This document shows positions 28,698 to 36,735 of a stretch of 64,000 nt of DNA, in pieces. Under the pieces are notes generated by a model. That model did not search any database and was not told the origin of the DNA. It saw only the letters and a list, made by a program, of their open reading frames with translations. The stretch spans positions 60,361-124,360 of the IMG/VR virus record IMGVR_UViG_3300042305_002284. One strand, given 5' to 3'. The stretch comes from a virus. How positions within the stretch are numbered: the stretch's first letter is position 1; every line of letters starts with the position of its first letter. The position numbers were made by a program, and so were the translations under genes.

Positions 28698-31600
28698 ATG
28701 GCTAACAATAGTAGACCAATAAACAGAAGCGATCTTCGCAATATGCCTACCTCAAAAAGAGGCAGAGTAAATCAGGAAAGAAGTCCATATAACCCAGACA
28801 ACAGTCTTTTCAAAAGACTTACAAAACTATTTTCTGGTCCTATTGTCAACCGTCGTCAACAAAACTACAAAGGCGAGCGCCGCCGCCGTTTAGATAAATA
28901 TCGCTTTCAATCAGCACAAGGTCAACAGTTCAAAAAAAGTTCTTACAATCCGTTTGATTATGTTCATTCGCAAAGCATGGCAAATCAAAACCGTGCCGAA
29001 AGATATGTCGACTTTGAGCAAATGGAATATTGTTTGCACGGAGATACAAAGATAGCAGTTCCAGGTGGTTATAAGACGATAAAAGCACTTGCCGAAGAAT
29101 ATGGAACAACACAAGAGTTTATTGTTTATGCTTACGATCACACAAGAAAACAAATAGTTCCAGCATTTGGTAAGCAAGCAAGAAAAACCAGAACAGATCA
29201 TGCCTGGAAAGTAGTTTTCGAAAATGGACAAGAAATAATAGGGACCGCTAATCATCGTCTTATGATGAGAGATGCTACCTATAAAAGAATTGATCAACTC
29301 ATTGTTGGCGACAGCCTAATGCCTTTTTACAGAAAAGATCTAACTCACGGACAAAAAGATGAAGGCGAAGGTTATAGGTGGATCTACACAATGCACCAGG
29401 ATTCAGATCGTAAAAAAGGCTGGATACCAGAACATACACTTATTGCTGAATGGGTTGCTGGTCGTAAAGTATTGCCAGAAGAAGTAGTGCATCATATAAA
29501 CTTTATAAAATATGATAATAAACCAGAAAATTTGATAATAATGAGTTCAAAAGAACATTTACGATATCATCAAAACACTGTCAACGAGCAAAGAAAAAAT
29601 ACTGAATGGTGGGATTCTTTTAGAGCCAAACATAGCGAATGGATGAAGAAAAACAATCCAGCAGAAAGAAAAGATATAACTTTCGAAATAATATTAAGTC
29701 TTTGCGACCAATATGGATTCAATCAAAAAAACATTTGTTCTATGCTGGACACAGATTCAAATACCATAAAAAGAAGACTAAAAACAAAAGGTTTTGAAAG
29801 TTTTGAAATGTTTGCCAGAACTTATCAACCTAACTGGAAAAACGCTGGACAAGACAACAGGAAGAACAAAAATCCTCGTTATGATTCAAACATAACTTTC
29901 AAAAAAGTTTGTGATGCATATGAGCAAGGCATTTCATCAACAGCACTTGCGAGAAAACTAAATACAACACCAGCAAAAATAGTAAATAGAATAAAAGAAA
30001 ATGGCTTTTCTTCTTATAGTAATTTTACAAAAACATATCACAATCACAAAGTATCAAAAATAGAATATTATGGCTTTATTGATCTATACGATCTTACAGT
30101 TGATGGATATAAAAATTTTGCTACTGATAGTGTTTTATCTCACAACACACCAGAACTTGCTTCTGCTTTGGACATATATGCTGATGAAATGACAACAAGT
30201 AACTCGCTTGAAAAAGTTCTCACAATTGATTGTCCTAATGAAGAAATAAAAACTATTTTACATACCCTTTATTATGATGTTTTGAATATTGAGTTCAACC
30301 TTTTTGGTTGGTCAAGAAATATGTGTAAGTTTGGTGATTTCTTTTTATACCTTGATATTGATGAGCGCGATGGTGTTAGAAATGCAATAGGTCTGCCACC
30401 ATATGAAGTTGAGCGTATCGAAGGCGAAGATGAAAAAAATCCAAACTATGTCCAGTTTCAATGGAATAGCGGTGGAATGACTTTTGAAAACTGGCAGTTA
30501 GGACATTTCCGTATTCTTGGCAATGATAAATATGCTCCATATGGAACAAGTGTATTGGAACCAGCCCGTAGAATATATCGCCAATTGACGCTTTTGGAAG
30601 ATGCCATGATGGCTTATCGTATTGTTCGTTCTGCTGAACGTCGTGTATTCTATGTTGATGTAGGAAATGTTGCTCCTAATGATGTAGAGCAGTTCATGCA
30701 AAAAGCAATGACAGCGCTAAAAAGAAACCAAGTTGTTGATGAGAAAACCGGTCGTGTAGATCTTCGTTATAACCCACTTTCAATTGAAGAAGACTACTTT
30801 ATTCCAGTTCGTGGCCAACAATCAACAAAAATAGAAAGTCTTTCTGGCGGTCAATACACTGGCGATATAGAAGATGTAAAATATCTACGAGACAAACTAT
30901 TTTCTGCTATAAAAATACCACAAAGTTATCTTGCTCGTGGCGAAGGCGGCGATGAAGATAAAACAACATTAGCTCAAAAAGATATTCGTTTTGCTAGAAC
31001 CATTCAAAGACTACAAAGATCGATTATAAGTGAACTTGAAAAAATAGGAGTTATACATCTTTTCGTTCTGGGATACAGAAGCGAAGATCTTATCAAGTTC
31101 AAACTAAAACTAAACAACCCAAGTAAAATAGCAGAACTCCAAGAACTTGAATCATGGAAAACTAAGTTTGAAGTAGCAAGTGCTGCAACCGAAGGATATT
31201 TCTCCAAGCGTTGGGTTGCTAAAAAAATATTTGGTCTTTCCGACGAAGAGTTCCTGCGAAATCAGCGTGAAATGTTCTTTGACTTCAAGTTCAAGGCTGC
31301 GGTTGAGAAAGCAGGAACAGAACAAGAAGCTGCTGCTGGTGATGCAGATGCATTTGGTGGAGGTGCTAATATTGGTGCAACAGGTGCTGGTGGTGAAGAC
31401 ATGGGAGCCGGTATAGACCTGAGCACTCTTGGAGCAGAACCAGAAGGAACCGCAACATCAACACCAGAATCACCAACGCCAGAAACACCCGCTGGTGGAG
31501 AAGAAGAAGCGGGTCCATTATTGGCAGCGCCAGGTAAAAGAGACGACAAACTAACAACCACTCCTGCTTCAAGGGGTAAAATGTATATGCCTGTAAAATA

Positions 31601-31910
31601 TCGTGGTGGCGATAGCAGGCCAACAGGAGCAAGAACAAGAAGTTATCAGTCAAAGTTTAGCAAAGAGTTGAGCGGCGGTTCCAGTAGAAACGTATGGGGA
31701 AGTGGAACACAAGATCTGTTTGGTCTTGGCAATGGTATTTACGAACAATATGAAAATAGTTATAGTGAAGAGATGTTGAGTGAAACAAACAAAAAACAAG
31801 ACAACGATATTGTAGAACAAAAAATATTATCTAATAACGAAAACTTGAAACAACTAATAAGTTCTTTGGAGAAGAAAAATGCAACAAACAAAGAAAATGG
31901 CGAAGACTAA
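28698..31910 (+). CDS. gp20: Portal protein (T4 gp20-like) containing an intein
   Basis: PELASALDIYADE, YGTSVLEPARR, EDAMMAYRIVRSAERRVFYVDVGN, EEDYFIPVRG; immediately follows TerL. Confidence 0.93.
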   Translation: MANNSRPINRSDLRNMPTSKRGRVNQERSPYNPDNSLFKRLTKLFSGPIVNRRQQNYKGERRRRLDKYRFQSAQGQQFKKSSYNPFDYVHSQSMANQNRAERYVDFEQMEYCLHGDTKIAVPGGYKTIKALAEEYGTTQEFIVYAYDHTRKQIVPAFGKQARKTRTDHAWKVVFENGQEIIGTANHRLMMRDATYKRIDQLIVGDSLMPFYRKDLTHGQKDEGEGYRWIYTMHQDSDRKKGWIPEHTLIAEWVAGRKVLPEEVVHHINFIKYDNKPENLIIMSSKEHLRYHQNTVNEQRKNTEWWDSFRAKHSEWMKKNNPAERKDITFEIILSLCDQYGFNQKNICSMLDTDSNTIKRRLKTKGFESFEMFARTYQPNWKNAGQDNRKNKNPRYDSNITFKKVCDAYEQGISSTALARKLNTTPAKIVNRIKENGFSSYSNFTKTYHNHKVSKIEYYGFIDLYDLTVDGYKNFATDSVLSHNTPELASALDIYADEMTTSNSLEKVLTIDCPNEEIKTILHTLYYDVLNIEFNLFGWSRNMCKFGDFFLYLDIDERDGVRNAIGLPPYEVERIEGEDEKNPNYVQFQWNSGGMTFENWQLGHFRILGNDKYAPYGTSVLEPARRIYRQLTLLEDAMMAYRIVRSAERRVFYVDVGNVAPNDVEQFMQKAMTALKRNQVVDEKTGRVDLRYNPLSIEEDYFIPVRGQQSTKIESLSGGQYTGDIEDVKYLRDKLFSAIKIPQSYLARGEGGDEDKTTLAQKDIRFARTIQRLQRSIISELEKIGVIHLFVLGYRSEDLIKFKLKLNNPSKIAELQELESWKTKFEVASAATEGYFSKRWVAKKIFGLSDEEFLRNQREMFFDFKFKAAVEKAGTEQEAAAGDADAFGGGANIGATGAGGEDMGAGIDLSTLGAEPEGTATSTPESPTPETPAGGEEEAGPLLAAPGKRDDKLTTTPASRGKMYMPVKYRGGDSRPTGARTRSYQSKFSKELSGGSSRNVWGSGTQDLFGLGNGIYEQYENSYSEEMLSETNKKQDNDIVEQKILSNNENLKQLISSLEKKNATNKENGED
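29031..30146 (+). mobile_element. 372-aa intein with HNH homing endonuclease and two tandem HTH-like repeats
   Basis: Block A CLHGDTKI, block B GTANHRLM, blocks F/G LYDLTVDGYKNFATDSVLSHN followed by Thr+1; HNH core VVHHINFIKYDNKPENL...EHLRYH; excision restores QMEY-TPELASALDIYADE. Confidence 0.93.
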
Positions 31911-32745
31911 ACACAATAAAAAGAGAAATACAGCATTTTTATACGAAGTTATTATCCGTGAAATAACAAATGCTGTATTACAAAAAAATGAAGAACAAAA
32001 AAAGTTTCTTGTAAAAGTTTGTAAGTCTTTTTTCTCAAATGGTAAGGTGTTAAAAAAAGAACTTGACCTATATCGTGCTGTCTATGAGTCGCACGAAGTT
32101 TCAAGCGATATTTCTCAAAAGATACTAAACGAAGCAAAGTTTCAATATGAAGGTTTGGATAAAAAAGAGATATTCAACGAACAAACAAAACTTATAAATA
32201 TTCTAAACAAAATATCAAACGGAACAATGTTCAACACTTTTGTATCGGACTATAAAAATCTTGCCACGATATCTCAAATATTCAATAATAGTGTTCCAGT
32301 AAAAGAAAAAGTTTTATTAGAAACAGCAATAATAAGTAAAATGACTTCATCCTCAGAAGATGCTGAAAAAGATAAACTGGCTACACTTGATTCTCTAACT
32401 TATAAGTTGTTTGTAAAGAAGTTCAACGAACAATATAGCAATGCTCTCTTCTCAGAACAAAAAGAACTTCTAACAAAATATGTAATGAGTTTTGCTGATG
32501 GCGGCACAGAGTTCAAGTTATATCTAAACGAAGAAATAGAAAGAATAAAAACTTCTCTAAAAACAAGTCTTCAAGAAAAACAGTTTGCAGAAGATCGCTT
32601 TCTAAAAGATAAAACAAATATCGTATTAGAGAGAGTGGAAAACTATAAACAAAAGAGTATTGACAACTCTCTAATAGAAGAAGTTATGAAAATACAAAGT
32701 TTGATAAAAGAAATAGAATCAAAGGAAGAAACAAACAATGGCTGA
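31897..32745 (+). CDS. Conserved helical head-module protein (MAKTKHNKKRNTAFLYE)
   Basis: Follows and overlaps the portal gene; start at 31897 preferred over 31879. Confidence 0.6.
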   Translation: MAKTKHNKKRNTAFLYEVIIREITNAVLQKNEEQKKFLVKVCKSFFSNGKVLKKELDLYRAVYESHEVSSDISQKILNEAKFQYEGLDKKEIFNEQTKLINILNKISNGTMFNTFVSDYKNLATISQIFNNSVPVKEKVLLETAIISKMTSSSEDAEKDKLATLDSLTYKLFVKKFNEQYSNALFSEQKELLTKYVMSFADGGTEFKLYLNEEIERIKTSLKTSLQEKQFAEDRFLKDKTNIVLERVENYKQKSIDNSLIEEVMKIQSLIKEIESKEETNNG

Positions 32746-33316
32746 CCTAAAAGTAAAGATCACGAGCACAGATCCGCAGCCAGATCAAGCCTTTGATGAT
32801 ATTCCGGCAGAAGAAACACCTGAAAAGAAAAAACAACTTTTTACAATAAAAGTAAAAGCAAGAAGAACTCTTGATGGAAATATTATTGTTTCAGATCATC
32901 CAGAGATTGATATTGTTATCATGCCTGACAAAATGCGAGTTATAACTTTTTCAAAAGAAAACTTTGACGATCACATTTACCAAACTCAAGATCGTTTTAT
33001 GAAATATCTAACAAAAAAAGGCACAATAGTTTTTGACAGCATAGCCAGCGGAAATGTATATGGTTCATTAGAAGCAAAAATAATAAAACCAATACAAGAG
33101 TTGCCAATAGACAATCTAATGCTGATGCTTGTATCCAAATGGATAGAAAGTGAAAAACCGTCTGTTGCTTATCAAGAAGCGATAGAAGATGTTTATGTCG
33201 ACAGCATTACTGAACCAAACGATAAAGAAAGCACAGAACTTGGCAAAGTTCCAGCAGCACAAGAAAAAGGTTCAGTTCCAATACACCAGGTTCGTCGCTA
33301 TGCCTATGGTTTATGA
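32738..33316 (+). CDS. Hypothetical protein
   Basis: AAGGA RBS; overlaps neighbours. Confidence 0.6.
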   Translation: MADLKVKITSTDPQPDQAFDDIPAEETPEKKKQLFTIKVKARRTLDGNIIVSDHPEIDIVIMPDKMRVITFSKENFDDHIYQTQDRFMKYLTKKGTIVFDSIASGNVYGSLEAKIIKPIQELPIDNLMLMLVSKWIESEKPSVAYQEAIEDVYVDSITEPNDKESTELGKVPAAQEKGSVPIHQVRRYAYGL

Positions 33317-33614
33317 TATCATAGTTTTTATTTTATCATGTGCCGGGGCCACACAAATATTGTGTTATGGAAGTATATTGGATAAAATAAGACCAAAAAA
33401 CGGAATACTGGGAGAGTTATTCCGTTGTAGTATGTGTGTTGGTTTTCATGTTGGATATATTCTGTTTGTGTTATTCTGGATTGCTGGTGTGTCTATGTTT
33501 TCTAACTTTTACATTGGAGCACTTGTATTTGCGTTTATTTCTTCATATACCAGCTATGTGTGCGACAAAGTGTTGAGTGATGAAGGAATAATGATAAAAA
33601 TAGCGAATAAATAA
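33306..33614 (+). CDS. Membrane protein with CxxC motif (DUF1360-like)
   Basis: Three hydrophobic segments and LGELFRCSMCVGFHVG; start at 33306 avoids a long overlap. Confidence 0.6.
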   Translation: MVYDIIVFILSCAGATQILCYGSILDKIRPKNGILGELFRCSMCVGFHVGYILFVLFWIAGVSMFSNFYIGALVFAFISSYTSYVCDKVLSDEGIMIKIANK

Positions 33615-33648
33615 AAGTTACGAGATATTTATAAGTTGTGAGGTTTAT

Positions 33649-33765
33649 ATGAACCTAGTAGATCAAAATATTCGTAAATGGTTTCTTCCGCAGACCAATA
33701 GCCGTAGATGCTGTAAAGGAAGTTGTATCGTGCGGGTTGCGCCCGCATTCTACTTTAGTATATAA
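33649..33765 (+). CDS. 38-aa Cys-rich micro-ORF (MNLVDQNIRKWFLPQTNSRRCCKGSCIVRVAPAFYFSI); not in ORF track
   Basis: GAGGT RBS and GATATTTATA promoter-like motif upstream; fills the gap. Confidence 0.5.
   Translation: MNLVDQNIRKWFLPQTNSRRCCKGSCIVRVAPAFYFSI
33731..33756 (+). terminator. GC-rich hairpin tgcggg-ttgcg-cccgca followed by ttctacttt
   Basis: Perfect 6-bp GC-rich stem in AT-rich DNA; imperfect U tail; lies inside the micro-ORF. Confidence 0.4.
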
Positions 33766-33776
33766 GGATTTATCGC

Positions 33777-34352
33777 ATGAAAGTAACAAAACAAGAACTA
33801 CAAAAAATTATAAAAGAAGAACTTGGTGCTATGGCAGCAACGGGAGAACTTGAAGAAGGCTTTCTTGACAAACTGCTTGGCAAACAGCCAAGGTTTGGAG
33901 ATTTTGTTACCGATGACGATGTAAAAAAGAAACTTGATGTAGTTCAAAAGAATCTCGGAGATCTACGAGGACTTGCTTCTAATCAAGGAAACAAAGAACT
34001 TGGCTTACAAGTAACAAAAATATCAAACGATGTGGCAGATCTCTATAGTAAAACAACACCTAAAGGCCCAGAACTAAAAACAATAACCGATAAGCCAGAA
34101 GACATAACACTTCGCAATGCGAAAGAAGCACTCGCTGATCCAAAAAGAAGAAGTAAGTTATCAACACAAGGCTTGGTAAAAATACTATCTAAAATAGCTC
34201 CAACAGAAAAAGTCCCAACAGGTCCAGAAGGTGGAGTTGATAGAGCAAAACTAATGAGTTTAGTTCAACAAAAATTACAAAATATACCAGACGCTAAAAC
34301 ATTTAAAGGTGGAAGACCGGCGAGGCTTCGTTCTCGTCCTGTTGGTGAATGA
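33777..34352 (+). CDS. Putative internal head protein (MKVTKQELQKIIKEEL motif)
   Basis: Shared N-terminal motif, then LEE-GFLDKL (candidate protease site); basic C-terminus. Confidence 0.55.
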   Translation: MKVTKQELQKIIKEELGAMAATGELEEGFLDKLLGKQPRFGDFVTDDDVKKKLDVVQKNLGDLRGLASNQGNKELGLQVTKISNDVADLYSKTTPKGPELKTITDKPEDITLRNAKEALADPKRRSKLSTQGLVKILSKIAPTEKVPTGPEGGVDRAKLMSLVQQKLQNIPDAKTFKGGRPARLRSRPVGE

Positions 34353-34367
34353 AATAAAGGTTTATAA

Positions 34368-35396
34368 ATGTCTTTTTCAGGTAAAGAGTTTGATGAAATA
34401 TTACAAGAAGAAACCATAAAACTCCTTGAAGAAGAAGGGATGAGTGAAGGTTTTCTTGATAAAATAAAAGACCTTTATAAAAGTTTTACAAAACCAAAGC
34501 CAAACACCTCGCAAGGTGTTGGTAAAGCATTTGCTGGTTTTAGATATAAACCACCAGCCCAACAAGTAAAAAAACAAGAGCCAGAAAAGCAACAAACACA
34601 AACCGGACTTGCAACAAAGAAGGCAGGCTCATTAGAGACGAGTAATGTTGATGATGATGAGCCACAAGATAAACAAGCAAGTGCTCCGACTGGAACATAT
34701 GATTTAGGAACACAGCGTAAACTTCCACCTTCTCAACAAGCATCATCACCGGCAGGAGAAAATCCACCAGAAACATCTATTCCATCAGGCGAACTCCCAC
34801 CATCCGATATTATACAAAAACGGTTACCTGCTCCACAAAAAATAGGCATCATGCCAGAATATCAACCTCTAATGCTTGATATAGATAAAATAGATTTTCA
34901 AAATTTAAGAGATAGAATAGTTTCTTTATTGCAGGATAAGCAAATATTTATCAACAAAGATGAAGCAGAAAAAAAAGAAATTATAAGACAAACAGAAACT
35001 GTTTTGAAATATCTTGTAACAACAAAAAGAGTTATACAAAATCCAACTATTCGTCCACAAAATGAAAATACAACAAGACCAACTCCATCAATGCAGCAAG
35101 TTGGAGCAGTTGATTTTAATTCTTGGTATGTAAAAAGTCTTGTTCTAACTACTGAAAAATATTTCCAAGGTTCTATCAACAGCGATATTATAAAGTTTGT
35201 AATCGGCAGTTTATTTAGTGATGGACGTTTGGCAATAAGTCAAAGACTTTACAACAAACTAATACATACAAACGATCCAAGAATTACAGACAATTTAGAC
35301 ACAGAAGATGACGGCAAGAATATAAACGAATCAAAGTCTTATAGCAACTTTTACAATAGTTGGAAAAAATACACCAAAACAGGAGTTACATTATGA
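34368..35396 (+). CDS. Putative internal head protein with P/Q/S-rich linker
   Basis: EILQEETIKLLEEEGMSE-GFLDKI parallels 33777; lies directly before the protease. Confidence 0.5.
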   Translation: MSFSGKEFDEILQEETIKLLEEEGMSEGFLDKIKDLYKSFTKPKPNTSQGVGKAFAGFRYKPPAQQVKKQEPEKQQTQTGLATKKAGSLETSNVDDDEPQDKQASAPTGTYDLGTQRKLPPSQQASSPAGENPPETSIPSGELPPSDIIQKRLPAPQKIGIMPEYQPLMLDIDKIDFQNLRDRIVSLLQDKQIFINKDEAEKKEIIRQTETVLKYLVTTKRVIQNPTIRPQNENTTRPTPSMQQVGAVDFNSWYVKSLVLTTEKYFQGSINSDIIKFVIGSLFSDGRLAISQRLYNKLIHTNDPRITDNLDTEDDGKNINESKSYSNFYNSWKKYTKTGVTL

Positions 35397-35998
35397 GCCA
35401 GTTTTTATTGAGAGAATATTTTGAACTCTGTGAAGGCGGTGTATGCCAAGATCTACTAACAGAAGCAGAAAAAAGTTTTGTAAAAAGCGGAGGCATGATG
35501 CTTTCCGGTGTTATACAGAGAGCAGATGCTAAAAATGGCAATGGTCGTGTGTATCCAGAAAGTGTTCTGCGAAGAGAAGTAGAAAACTATAAAAAACTTA
35601 TTGCCGAAAATCGTGCCCTTGGAGAACTGGATCATCCAGATGAAAGTGTTATAAACCTAAAAAACGCTTCACACATTGTTACAGATATTTGGTGGAATGG
35701 CAAAGATGTAATGGGTAAAGTAAAAGTTTTATCAACACCATCAGGTCAAATATTGAAGTCTCTTGTTGAGAGTGGCGTAAAACTTGGTATATCAAGTCGT
35801 GGTCTTGGCAGTGTAAGGGAGCGCGGTGGCCTAACTTATGTTGAAGATGACTTTCAACTTATTTGTTTTGACTTTGTAAGTGAACCATCAACAGGTGGAG
35901 CATTTATGAGCCTTTCAGAAAGTAAAAAAGCACCTAACATTTTTACAAAATCAGATAGAATAAACCGCCTGCTAAACGACATTATAGGTGTAAAATGA
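35393..35998 (+). CDS. gp21: Prohead protease (T4 gp21-like)
   Basis: NGNGRVYP, ALGELDHP (His), GISSRGLGS (Ser), DFVSEPS (Asp); AGGAG RBS supports start at 35393. Confidence 0.93.
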   Translation: MSQFLLREYFELCEGGVCQDLLTEAEKSFVKSGGMMLSGVIQRADAKNGNGRVYPESVLRREVENYKKLIAENRALGELDHPDESVINLKNASHIVTDIWWNGKDVMGKVKVLSTPSGQILKSLVESGVKLGISSRGLGSVRERGGLTYVEDDFQLICFDFVSEPSTGGAFMSLSESKKAPNIFTKSDRINRLLNDIIGVK

Positions 35999-36444
35999 AA
36001 AAAAGCGAACTAAAAGAAATAATAAAGCCAATAGTTCAAGAATGTGTGCGTGAAAGCGTTCAAGAAATATTGCTTGAAGGCGGACTATTATCCAGTGTTA
36101 TAAAAGAAGTTATGAAAGGCGCTTTTCCTGTTCTCACAGAAGCAACCAGGACACAAACAGTAAGTGCTTCGCAGCCAACAAAAAATCCACAAATGAATAA
36201 TGAGTTGATGGAGCAAATAAAGCGTGAACGTCAAGAAATGGCTAATGAGTTTCGCAAACAAAACGAACAAGTAAGCAAAAATTTATCAATGAAAGTTGGT
36301 GGAGTTGATGTGTTCCGTGGAACAAGTCCTGCACCGGCTACCATACAAGAAACAGTAGCAAATCCGCTTGGAGGAGTGTCACCAAACGATCCCGGCGTTG
36401 ATATAAGCAGACTATTTGGTGGGAAAAAGTTCAACATAGGTTGA
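35995..36444 (+). CDS. Head-module protein (MKKSELKEIIKPIVQE motif)
   Basis: ATGA overlap with the protease; LLE/LTE sites. Confidence 0.55.
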   Translation: MKKSELKEIIKPIVQECVRESVQEILLEGGLLSSVIKEVMKGAFPVLTEATRTQTVSASQPTKNPQMNNELMEQIKRERQEMANEFRKQNEQVSKNLSMKVGGVDVFRGTSPAPATIQETVANPLGGVSPNDPGVDISRLFGGKKFNIG

Positions 36445-36459
36445 TATTATGAGGAAAAA

Positions 36460-36660
36460 ATGAAAGTAAGTTTAGACGAAGTAGATGGTAATGTAGAAAA
36501 AATGATAAAAAAGTTTGTCAAAAAAACAAAAAAAATGAGAATAGTAGAACAAGTATATGATCGTAAACATTATATAAAACCATCAATGGCTGCTCATATA
36601 AAGCGTAGACAAAAAGCAAGAGCAATAGAGAAAGAAAAAGCCCAACAAAAAGATGACTAA
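36460..36660 (+). CDS. rpsU: Phage-encoded 30S ribosomal protein bS21
   Basis: 66 aa, basic; NVEKMIKKFVKK...IVEQVYDRKHYIKPS...KRR fits the bS21 pattern (AL+RFK+...R.xYEKPS); GAGG RBS. Confidence 0.8.
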   Translation: MKVSLDEVDGNVEKMIKKFVKKTKKMRIVEQVYDRKHYIKPSMAAHIKRRQKARAIEKEKAQQKDD

Positions 36661-36699
36661 TAAATGTTAGCACTATAATAGCCTATTATTTTTATCAAA

Positions 36700-36708
36700 A
36701 CTACTTAT
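36700..36708 (+). promoter_or_regulatory. Putative late promoter variant ACTACTTAT
   Basis: Intergenic, upstream of GGAG RBS and ATG 36736. Confidence 0.5.
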
Positions 36709-36735
36709 TAAGTAAAATCTGGAGTTTTATAAAAA

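Noticed and set aside
26597-35392. Longest-ORF starts at 26597, 31879, 33189 and 35360
   Set aside because: Downstream starts (26624, 31897, 33306, 35393) give short overlaps and, for 35393, a clear RBS
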